A stretch of DNA of 61,587 bases, the filler included, from Choristocarpus tenellus KU-1152 (taxonomy: Eukaryota > Protista > Phaeophyceae): assembly GCA_964200185.2 (NCBI GenBank). It is 10 parts of 10 records of this genome, joined end to end, with 100 filler letters (N's around TTAATTAATTAA, not from the genome) between each part and the next. Parts side by side here need not be neighbours in the genome. Positions count along the whole stretch, not along the records: positions 50,958 to 58,278 come from CAXNAD020006334.1; positions 58,379 to 61,587 come from CAXNAD020021529.1; 8 more parts are not named here. One strand, given 5' to 3'. Under the pieces are notes generated by a model. That model was not told the DNA's origin. It made no database searches and was given only the letters and a program-made list of their open reading frames with translations. Shown here one piece after another: positions 51,000-61,587 of this stretch. Both the position numbers and the translations under genes were made by a program. The number at the start of each line of letters is the position of its first letter. The first letter of the stretch is position 1.

Positions 51000-53900
51000 C
51001 ACGGCATCAGACACCCTTGTGCATGCCAAGTTGAGCGTGCGAAGCATACACTCATCTGGTGAAACTTCAAACTGAGATATTCCCCTGGTTGTCACATACA
51101 ATTATGTGTACGTTTTTGTGTACAAAGCACACACCAAATGCAGACACAACAGGAAAAAACAGGATTAAGTAGTTACGAAATAATAATAATAATAATATTA
51201 ATAAATTTAAATAATAATGATGTGCTCATTCTGGCGCCATAAAGAAAAGTACGGGGCAAGAGGAGAGGGCAAGTCCCACGAGTTAAGGCAAGCGACCGCC
51301 TTCCTTAGTCACTAGTACTTCAAATGGAAAAATTAAATCATCATAAGCTTGCAAGGTACTTTTAAGACAACACAAAACATGTTGTATGTAGTATTAGTAT
51401 TGAGTACTCACACAACAACATACAAAAAAAATAATCAAGGCCTGCAAGTGCAGCATATACATCAATCCAAACACCCATTCATCAGTCCTATCCAATCCCA
51501 TCAACATGAGAAGTGCAAAAAAATACAAATAATTGGCGCACACATTGCGTATGATAGTAATTTTCAACCGTATCGAAGTATATTTTCTTGTTCGAATCAC
51601 TTATTCACTGCCCTTTCCCTCCCCCCCCCAAAAAAGCAAAACAAAACAAAACAAAACAAAACAAAACAAAAACTCCTCTTCAACAGCAAGTTGCTCAACA
51701 ACACCCTGCATGAGAAAATACTCAGAAAATTCACATCACATCAAGATCCATTGAAAAAAAAAATGTAATGAAAAAGAATGGTCTCACGCACACCTATCAT
51801 CCAATGGTGAGAACCCTAACCCTACCTCCTTTCTCACACAAAAAGAACAAAAATAATTACGGGTTCTTATTTATAGCAGACACACACCCAAGCTCCCACC
51901 CACCCCCCATCTAATTAAACACACTCACCTCTTAGCAAGAAGTTCCATGTAACAAAATTCAAGGCAGGCATGCATACACACAGATGCCACCCTTCAAGAC
52001 TCTCACCAACAAACATAGCAAGACGTCATCATGCCCGCCCAACTTCAACATCATCACTCACTTGCAGCGACTGAGGTCAAGGGAGGTAAGTCCTTTGGCA
52101 AAGCTCAGCAGGGCGCTCAAATCTACACCACTAAAGTCAAGAAGGCATCCACTCAAGTTTAATTCCGTGAGACACCTGGAGTTGGAAGCCAGATCGACTA
52201 CTTCTCGGGAGGAGATGCCACAACTAAAAAGACATTCAGAGAGGGAGGACAAGCAGGCCAGGCAGGCCAGGCAGGCCAAGCGGGGCAAGCAGGGTGAGAG
52301 TATAGCAATAGGCTGGTGGGTAGAACTGTTCTTGTGGATCGATGAGCGTATAAATTGTTGTGGGGGTGTAAGGGGTGGGTGGTTGCATGGGTGTGATACA
52401 GGTAGGCTGTGCAACTGGGAGAGGAAGGCTGGGAAAAATCTTGAAGATCTCAATATTGTCTGACTGTTCATAAGACCAGAGCTTCATATCTATTTCATGT
52501 CGAAATGGTCACACACATACACAAACACACACGCACGCACGCACACACACACACACACACGCACGCACGCACACACACACAATAATTGATCCCCCTTTAC
52601 ATGGGCCCATGCTCCTGGTCGGATGCCATAGAAACGCACCATGTCAGAAAGGGCTTCAAGCACAACGTCCTACACACTTTCACATTTTGCCTCAAGGCAC
52701 AAGCACACTGTTTTAACACGTAGACTTTCAGTCCTTCAGTGTGATACATGTAGTGTGATAAATGTAGTGTGATAAATGTAGTGTGATACATGTAGTGGGA
52801 TAAATGTAGTGTGATAAATGTAGTGTGATAAATGTAGTGTGATAAATTAGCCCTTCATTGACAACAACAACAAAGACCAACACGACACGAGATCCTTCAC
52901 TGCCAACAACAGCACACATGCTAAAAAAGAAGGCATACACTCAACAACACATACAAGAAACACCAACGCATGTACTACAAAACGTGCACAAACACAAAAA
53001 ATCGATGAACCCCTTCTACCATCCTCAGTCCCCTCCTCCCTCCCCCCTCCTCATTAATGGCCGAACCTCCCGACCTGGCCAGGCAAAGACGTTTCAGCTT
53101 CGGAAGGACAGGGAAGTTCCACTCGCTCTCCCTTTCCTGTGACTCCTCTTTCCCCTCCCCACCCTCATCCTCACCTGTTGGAAACAAAAAGTAATGGACG
53201 GAAGTCGCACTGCATGAGGTGACATCATACCTCCACATCAACATCCAATGTAAGTACATACTTTGTGACTGCACTTGCACCCCGTAATATTAACACTGCT
53301 GTGTTTTTGTCCTTGTATATCGTGTACCGTGGGGGTATCGTAACATATCGTACCGTGGGGGTATCGTAACAAACCGTGATGTGCCATATCACAGCATAAC
53401 ACAAATTTGGGCATCGCACTTTGCGAAGTGATGTCTAACCTCCACAAGAAGACGCTGTATGAAGAAGATGTATTGACTGTACCATCGAAGCTTTTACTGT
53501 CCTTCACCATTACACTGTACTGTACTGTACCGTACCGTACCGTACCGTACCGTACCGTACCGTACCGTACCATACTGTACTTTACCGTACCATACTGTAC
53601 CGTACAAGTAACTTCAATGATGTCCAACAAATCGTGTAAGTACCATCAAAAGATAATACCTGCAATGTGGACACCATCCCCCTCCTTGGACTAATTGTGG
53701 TCCCTGATGCTGAACCTGACATTTGTATATTTTCTAGGCTTGAGTACTGAACCTTTTTTTTTCTCTCTTTTTAATTAAAAAAAACTAGGTTGAGACTTTT
53801 TATGCATCTCTTCCCTTGTTGTAATTGTAATTTCATGTACATTTTGTTGTCTCTCTCCTATCTTTCACTCACTTCTTGTATTGCCTTTCTGGCCACAAGT

Positions 53901-54168
53901 CCAAGCATGCTGTATGTTGCTTCTTTCTCCCTGACAACATCTGACACATGTTCAAGCATTGTTGATGGCATTATGCATCTAACTACTCTCTTGAAATTTA
54001 AAAAATCAACCTATATGTTTTTCAAAGAAGCAACAAGTAGAGTGGTTTCCTAACTCCTCCACGGAATCACAAAAGTCAATCACAAAAGTCTTCCTAACAT
54101 CTCCAAACAACCATCAACGGTTTTCTTTTTCCATCTCAATACATTAGATAGCCCCGCCCCCCCCAAAA

Positions 54169-54201
<33 letters not shown>

Positions 54202-57026
54202 AGACATTTCCCACCCCCCCAAAAAATAGTGAAGTCAGAGTCCACATGGTAGATATTGTCCTCTTTCATCATCACTCCTCACACTTCAATCCTCCCCACC
54301 TTGTACAGATCTCCAGCACCACCGAGGTTACATAAAAATTGCGAAGGCATTATACCATGGATACTACTCAGTTATATAACGGGGGGGAGGGGGGAGGGAG
54401 GGGGGTACAGTGTGATTGTAGAAGAAACAGTTTTATGGAATGTTGATTTTATAGTTGTTTTTTGACTCCTGAGAAACCCCAGCTATTGGTAAAGTGGTGT
54501 TATGGGACGCCCAGATTCACAGGGGATAAATTTCCTGGAACGCCCTTGGTGGCTGTGACTAGAGGCACAAAACAACGGTATTTGAAATGCTCCATATGGA
54601 CTTACACCTACCTCCTATCTCTGTTCAAGTACTTTGCCATATCATGCATATATCCCACAATTAGCCATCATCCTAACCCAAACCCTACTATTCACTCATA
54701 TCAAGCCAGCAGCAATCTCCGATTTCTTAGAAAAATCAGAGGTTCACAGTTTTTGAGTCCTATTTATAACCCTTAAAAACCATGTTGAACAACTTCATGG
54801 TGACAGCTACCACTACAATAGTTTTTTGGGGGGGTGAGGGGGGTGAAAGAGGCACATGACATTCAGAGCTAAGCTGTCAATGGAGGACCATCCCACTACT
54901 TTAGAGCACACCGTTAAAAAAAAAATACTATTCTACTACACTGTATATCTGCAGCAAGGGACCACAGTCTGGTTTTTCTTGCCCCACAATGATACCACAG
55001 ACATGCAAAACCCCTGAAACTTGTTTCTTCTCAAGGTGGTGCTGCTCCAATGGCAATCTCACCGTAACTCTTGACATGATAGGTGACGACAGTAGCATCT
55101 CTGGGTTTTGCATTGCCATTGTACTGCGTGATCATAACGGCAACGAATCAAGAGGATCTGGAAGTATTCTAATGAAACGGGCTGCTCAAAAACACTCTTA
55201 GCGCACTCGGATTTAATCCAGAGAGTGTTTTTGAGATTCATTGAATCCACCTTGTATCCTCGACGCACGAGCCGAGGCGATTTACACAGAGCAAGCAGTG
55301 CAAATATACGCACGAGGGAAATGAACCGCCATTAAAAAAAAAAAAAAAAAAAATTGCTTACGACGTATCTCACCTACTCTTCAGTGGAACGAATTCCTCC
55401 AATCACATCACAACTCGAGCAAATCACCTCTTGAAATGGTTAAAAACTATTAACCATTTATATCAACCATCCGCATCACTAACGATGCGTTGCACACACC
55501 GCCACTATCGAACATTAGCCGTGTTGCTGCAGTTTGAACCCCTCACAAAATATTTTCCAAGACCAAGACAATCCAATTCAATCGTTCCGATCCTTACGTT
55601 TTTGAGCAAGATTTTGACACCACCCCAGGTTCAGTTGCTGAAGCCCCCTGGCTTCCCTCAGGCTCGAAAGACCATTTGGCGTCAGCTGATGGCACCGGGC
55701 CACATTGAGCTTGGTCAGTGCTGGGAGCTTAGCTGCATGGACAAGACTAGCGTCAGTAATTCCCTGAGCATATCCAGGACACAAGGAATTGGGAAGTGGA
55801 TGATGGGTTGTGGTTGGGAGCAAATGGAGGTTAAAATTAGAATGGGAGTGGCGTCAGTGTAGGCTGTTGGTGGGGGGCTGGAGGGAGGGGTAGGGGAGGG
55901 GGGGGTGGACAACAACAAAGCTAAACAAAGACAACATATGGCAAAGAACATGAGCTCTGTCGTTTAGGGTAGACCTCATCATAGCACCAACAAACAGAAG
56001 ATAAGATGTTGCTAAGAATAGTCAAACGGCAATTTTTCAAAGAAGAAAAACAACAAACAAGCTCTATGGACGGATTTCTCTCTCTCCCCCCTCCCACCCC
56101 CACCCAAGAACATCAAGTGCCTCTTGCCTCACACCCTTCCAGGTCCAGGCAACGGAGATCCTGAAGGCCTGCCTCTGCCAGCCCAAGCACTGTCCCATCC
56201 CACACCCTTGGGCAGTAGCCCAGGCTTAGCCTCTCCAGACGTGGACAACCTGCCACCCCCTCTTGGGTGAGAAATGTTTCACCAAGACCCCGACAGTGTC
56301 GAAGGCTAGCAGAACACAGATTGGGCAAAGATCCCAATGACCACAGCCCACTGAAGACAGTAATAACAGCACCACAAACAACACGCATTTCAAGGGATGT
56401 AGAGGAGAGGAGAGGGAGATTTTTTTAGGGTGGGCAAGGTGGGGGGGGGGGGGGAATATACACATACAAGCATTTCTCGATTTTGAGGACAATGGGTTAT
56501 CAATGGAGAGGGGTCGACTGGGATAAAATGTTAAGACTTATTGATCATTCCCAATCAATTAACTATTTAAAAATAGCTATTTGTACGGCGAAGCTCCCCC
56601 CCTCCCCGAGATTTAACCAAAATCAAGAGGAGAGTTAGAAAATTCTCTGTACATCTCTAGATGAACAAATACCTTGTTCGGGAGTATATGATGACTCACT
56701 TACTAGGTCTAGGAGATACAAACAACTCCATATTGTAAAGGACCTGAACTCACTTACTCATTCCCATTCCCCTAACTCTCCCCCTCCCACCCGCTCCACT
56801 CCAGCCTACCCAACCCCAAACAGCCCAACCTATCCCAATTCAAAGTACCCCACCTGTCTGTCAGATCTGTGCACCAGCTGAGATCAAGGATGACAAGGTA
56901 GCGTCCACAGGGAGTGCCTTCCAATAATGGTCTGATCCACCAATCCTTCACCCCTCTACAACCACCAAGAGAGAGCTCTGTGACCTCACAGGCCTTGAAA
57001 GAGTGAACGGCTGGGCAGCTGAGGGC
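51000..57026 (-). CDS. Leucine-rich repeat protein (cysteine-containing/RNI-like, FBXL/AMN1-type repeats), partial
   Basis: Exons 57026-56854, 56350-56128 (GC donor), 55763-55598, 53174-53075, 52223-52062 and 51084-51000 are phase compatible; repeats LDLSWCTDLTDSGL, LSLGYCPRVWD, LDLEGCEGITDASL, LNVARCHQLT, LNLSGC, LDLSRC, LNLACTRVSD; extra small exons are possible. Confidence 0.82.
52739..52847. repeat. 14-bp minisatellite, ~8 copies
   Basis: gtgtgata(a/c)atgta unit. Confidence 0.9.
53514..53605. repeat. (GTACC/GTACT)n pentamer microsatellite
   Basis: Direct reading. Confidence 0.9.
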
Positions 57027-57597
57027 CTTATGCTACACAGGCATACATTCACATATACCCCAGTGTTCCACAAGTGTACATTGCCAGGGGGTTAGGGGGG
57101 GGTGGACAGGCAAGGAGGAGTGCACAAAATAAATAGAGTCAGTGCAAGTGAAGGAAGCGCAGGCTAGAGAGTCCAGGTAACAGTGGTAGGAACGGGGGAA
57201 GGCATAGCATAGTAAGTTGAAGTTGAAGTTGAAGTTGCTAAGTTGCTAAGTTGCAATTTTGAATACCGATTTCATCGGCATCAGGCATTTGCCCAAAAGA
57301 GGCCAGGACATCGACCTCCTCTCAAAAAAAGGTCAATTGAACCATGCCATCAGAATCGATCATCAGCATTGCATGACGATTGATTCAGGAGCTGAGACAA
57401 AGCGTTTGGCTCACCCATTTTCTCAAATAATAGGTGCATTTTCATTTTGAACTTTTATTGATGTCCTTTTTTGTTTTGAACATCTAACTAAAAATACCAG
57501 TTCGGCACATCGTTTCCATTTGCAATTTTAAAAATTAATGCAACGGCGATCCAACAAAAAAGAGAAGAAAAACCACACATTTAAAACACACACATTT

Positions 57598-57634
<37 letters not shown>

Positions 57635-57985
57635 GCACCTATCTGTAACCTCACACTTCGTAGCTAAAACCTTGGCCCAGGGCTGCACCATGCACACATG
57701 CAAAAATCCTTCAACATATATTCAAAAATACAGCAAGGGGGCACATGGTTTGAACTACATGAAACACACACACACAGCAGTCCCAACAGTGCCGCTTAGA
57801 CCCCTCAGAGGAGGAGTGGGGGGGGATAGTCAGAAATTATTATGTCGATCGACTCTTGCGATTCTACTGACATTTGAGGCACTCATCATGTTTGTGCATA
57901 CGGAAAGCGGAACCAGTCCAAAGGGCACTGTGCTGGGGCACTAGCAGACTGGCAAGGCTTGTCCAACTCCAATCTACTCCCGGAG

Positions 57986-58203
57986 CATTACAACAGTCAT
58001 TACAACAGTCATTACAACAGTCATTACAACAGTCATTACAACAGCTGCGCCTGATGTACTGGAGAGGTATTCGTTTGATAGTCTGCAGTGTCATTGCCTT
58101 CACCTCATAATCAAGACACCCGTGGCATACGCGAGAACTCTGTGGCATACGCGAGAACTCTGTGACATACGCGAGAACTCTGTGGCATACGCGAGAACTC
58201 TGT
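57986..58203. repeat. Two minisatellites: 12-bp x~5 and 20-bp x4
   Basis: cattacaacagt (57986-58044); gtggcatacgcgagaactct (58122-58203). Confidence 0.88.
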
Positions 58204-58525
58204 AGCTCCTACCTTACTTTCCACACACAAAAAGTGCACCAATTGGATTCAGGTTCAGGATAGGGTGGAGAGAGGGGGNNNNNNNNNNNNNNNNNNNNNN
58301 NNNNNNNNNNNNNNNNNNNNNNTTAATTAATTAANNNNNNNNNNNNNNNNNNNNNNNNNNNNNNNNNNNNNNNNNNNNGGGGGGGGTTCTTATAGTAGGG
58401 GTTTGAGATTTATGTCACTGAGTTTTTGGGGGGCTGTTGTGGATGTTCTGACAAAGAGGTTTTAGTGCTGGGTTTAATTTGATTTCAGGTTGGTTGGTGT
58501 GTGTTGGGTGTGTCGTTGTTTTACG

Positions 58526-58920
58526 TTTGTGTGTGTTATCATTTAACTTTGGTGTGTTGTGATTAGCTTTGTGTGTTGTCATTTAACTTTGGTGTGTTGT
58601 GATTAACTTTGTGTGTTGTTGTCATTTAACTTTGGTGTGTTGTGATTAGCTTTGTGTGTTGTCATTTAACTTTGGTGTGTTGTGATTAACTTTGTGTGTT
58701 GTCATTTAACTTTGATGTGTTGTGATTAGCTTTGTGTGTTGTCATTTAACTTTGGTGTGTTGTGATTAGCTTTGTGTGTTGTCATTTAACTTTGTGTGTT
58801 GTCATTTAACTTTGGTGTGTTTTCGTTTTACTTTGGTTAAGAGAACAATAAAAAGCATGGCATCGTAAAAAAATAATCATGTCATTAACTTTGGTGTGGT
58901 GTCATTTAACTTTGGTGCGT
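58526..58920. repeat. Composite ~40-bp minisatellite of two alternating ~20-bp subunits
   Basis: tttgtgtgttgtcatttaac + tttggtgtgttgtgatta(g/a)c, ~7 periods plus degenerate copies. Confidence 0.88.
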
Positions 58921-59342
58921 TAGAGTAGGTGGTTGGTTAATGAAGAGGTCTGGGTGCAGATGATATTTTTTTGTTATGCAAGGTAATGATCTTATTGTGT
59001 ATTGCGTAAGACCTGATGTCTTCCATAAACATGTGGAACCTCCTTGTGTAAGACCTCAAACTCTCCGAATAAGAAATTGAAAGAGTGGGGGCAAGGAAGA
59101 AAAAGGGGGTTGGTAGGGGGGGACTTTGTTTTTTCTTTTTTTTAAATCCAGACCTCTTACAGGAGACAGACACGTGGAACAGAGTGTACTGCATTTTTGT
59201 GTGTTTAGGGTGTGGCTTGGCTTGTTGGCAACAAGTTGACTAGTCTATCCTCAAGAACAATCCCTCCCTATGTAGTGCCATGGTAGTCCTATGTGTTTTT
59301 GTTTTTCTTTCTTAAATGGTATTTTTTTGTCTATTTTTCAAG

Positions 59343-61259
59343 GTGTCTGGAGGTCGTGACTTCCAACGCCTGGTAGGGTATGCACGCCTCTTAGGTGATT
59401 TGTACAACTATGAAGTGGTGGGTGCCACTGTGGTCTTCCAGCTGCTACACAGTCTGCTTGACTATGGGCACGAGGTGGGCCGGCGAGCTGAGGGAGGGGA
59501 GGGAGGGGGGGGGGGAGGGAGGCATCCATGTGATATTCTCACCTTTCCTGAGCTACATGGAGAAACGTATCTTTGCCATAGTATTCTTAGAACAGGCTCA
59601 TTGCTTTGGTCTCTTTTTTCTTTTTGAAAGGTGTTACCTTCCCAATTTTTTTGTGGTTCTCAATATTCTGTTTTTAAATGGTTTGCGTCCGGTTCCATCA
59701 TTTGTCCACTCTAGTTGCAGGTCGCAATACGTCGTTTGTCCCCGTTCAACCCATGGCTGCGTCTTGATTGGTCTGAATAATGACAAGAAACCTTCCAGTG
59801 ATGGTAGTAACCAGGTCTTCCAATTTGTTTCAAATATCGTCAGTGTCACATCTTGTTTTTTTTATTGTTTACATCTGAAGTGGGTAGGTTGATCTATCCG
59901 GAGGCGCCTGATCTGTTTGTGTTTGGGTAGCTTGTGGGTGGTAGTGTCAATCCGTCTAGAGATGGTGAGAGAGTGGGGCTACAGAGCTCTAGCCTACTGC
60001 TAGTTTTAGTACCTCTTGTGAGATGATGGCTCTGTGGCTGTCGAGTATGGCTCTGGGAGGTGTTGACCAATTTTGTGGCCGTTTGCTGTGGGCTTGTGTA
60101 TGTATTTGCACTAAGGTACTTGTATGTGGTGATTTTCTATGGTTGCCGTCTCCTGCAGTGGTATCACAAAACCCGGGCATAATGTATTCGTTAATCAGTC
60201 TGTATTACTTGCATGGTTTTGATTTGCTTCCTTCTTTAGTTTGTCTACTGTCCTCACACTGGTCATGTATGAAGTGTTTTGAAGTATGAAGTGTTCTGAA
60301 GTATGAAATATTTTGATGCATGAAGTGTTTTTGAAGTATGAAGTGTTTTGATGTATGAAGCAAATTGAAGTATTTTGAAGTTCTTTGCTCTGGTCAAAAA
60401 GGATTTTACATTCACCAGTCAATTGGCACCTTAGTCAATTGTTCATTTGTACACCTTCATACATATATATATTGTCAATGTGTCATTTTGTGGTTCAAAC
60501 TTTCCCTGTAGTGTTTGTGCATCTCATTGGGGGGGGGGCTGTTCTGTTTGAGTGTCCAAAAACTGGACTCAAGAAATATTTTTCAACATGATTCTGTAGT
60601 AGTTATTTTTTGTTCTTGAAAGTATATTTTATTGTGGTCCTGGATGGTTTACACTTACACTGCCTCATTATAGGCCCATTCCTAAGAAACTAGGCTTTGG
60701 GTGGTTTTCGTTTTGATTATCCTTAAGAATTTCACCAAGCAACCTTCAGAAAAAATAAAAAATAAAAAAAGCAATTTTGGGGGAGTTTTTGTTGTCAGTT
60801 TTCCGATTTTAATTTTTTTATAGGTTTTGTCATAGGAGTCCTGATCTTGGAATTTCAGCAAATATATATATTGTACATTTTTTAACATGTTTACAGGCGT
60901 TTTTTTATACTTTTTAGAACGTTGTATGCGAGAGATGTGGTTCTTGATTATGGTAATAAATTGATGATGGTTGTTAGAAATGATTTTTTATTTAATCTAA
61001 ATAATGATGATCACCATGAATGAAATATCTGCAGCTGTGTATGGTGGGTTAGGAATTAATATTTTGTGTTGCTGGAAAACATGCCTTATTCTATTTATTT
61101 CTGTTACATATTTTAGCATTATTTTTTTCTTTTTTTTGTGACAGATACCGGCAGAGATGAAAACACCTAGGGTGGACCCCAACAATCCCTCTGGAGAACC
61201 ACTGCCACCGTTAGTGGCGCCCTGGGCACAGTATGACCCACGTATTCCTTCAAAACGCG
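59343..61259 (+). CDS. UPF2: Nonsense-mediated decay factor UPF2, third MIF4G domain, 2 internal exons
   Basis: Exon 59343-59474 RDFQRLVGYARLLGDLYNYEVVGATVVFQLLHSLLDYGHE matches the UPF2 motif (R)xLGELYNY...FGH; exon 61145-61259 IPAEMK...QYDPRIPSKR continues in phase. Confidence 0.8.
60268..60380. repeat. ~17-bp imperfect minisatellite in UPF2 intron
   Basis: tatgaagtgttttgaag-like units. Confidence 0.8.
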
Positions 61260-61587
61260 GTGACGATCTCATGCTGTGTTTGGACTGAAAAATGTGCTGG
61301 TTGAATGGACTTGGTGGTGGATTGGGTGTTAGAGATGGGTTGTAGAGATGTGAAGGAAGGATTTGTTTGTTGAGTGTGTGTGTGTGTGTTTGTTTTTTTT
61401 ATTACTTTTTTTTTGCACTTTCAGGTACTAACAGTAGCAGCGTGTGTATGTGTTAATTTATGTGTGTATATGGTGTATAAACATGTACATGCTATGTGCT
61501 AGATATCTATGTGGCGTTGGGCAGAGCCCCTTGTGTTTATGAGCCCACATTTCCTGCCCCCCCCCCCCCCCCCCCCCGTTTGGCCCC

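Noticed and set aside
53238-53694. ORFs with YGTVR/TVPYR repeats
   Set aside because: Translations of the (GTACC)n microsatellite in an LRR-gene intron
57864-58148. Cys-rich (CCND)n metallothionein-like ORF
   Set aside because: Arises from a 12-bp tandem repeat open on both strands, with no splice or homology support

Overview
Eukaryotic DNA, not prokaryotic. The window is ten short contigs joined by an artificial 100-bp spacer (N44-TTAATTAATTAA-N44) at 11273, 21590, 25574, 30945, 34038, 39305, 43399, 50858 and 58279, so neighbourhood across spacers has no biological meaning. The source is inferred to be a brown alga or close stramenopile relative, from an algal-type intron-split mannitol-1-phosphate dehydrogenase, CRE-like RLE retroelement ends and TTAGGG tracts. 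Genes were reconstructed by hand from splice sites and frame continuity: a large GT-B glycosyltransferase-like gene (partial), a complete 4-exon ankyrin-repeat gene, M1PDH (4 exons, partial), an SDR (3 exons, partial), an unknown gene, an LRR gene with a GC-AG intron (partial) and UPF2 (2 exons). The rest is degenerate Copia, Gypsy and CRE-like relics, a ~260-bp MITE family with mostly 3-bp TSDs, and mini/microsatellites. I cannot demonstrate a new biological system here. The strongest unexplained signals are (i) polarised introns with sense-strand G-runs after donors and C-runs before acceptors, (ii) frequent AAG acceptors, (iii) apparent de novo gain of TTAGGG units inside a MITE TIR, and (iv) unusual protein architectures. 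All homology calls come from motif recognition; no searches were run.
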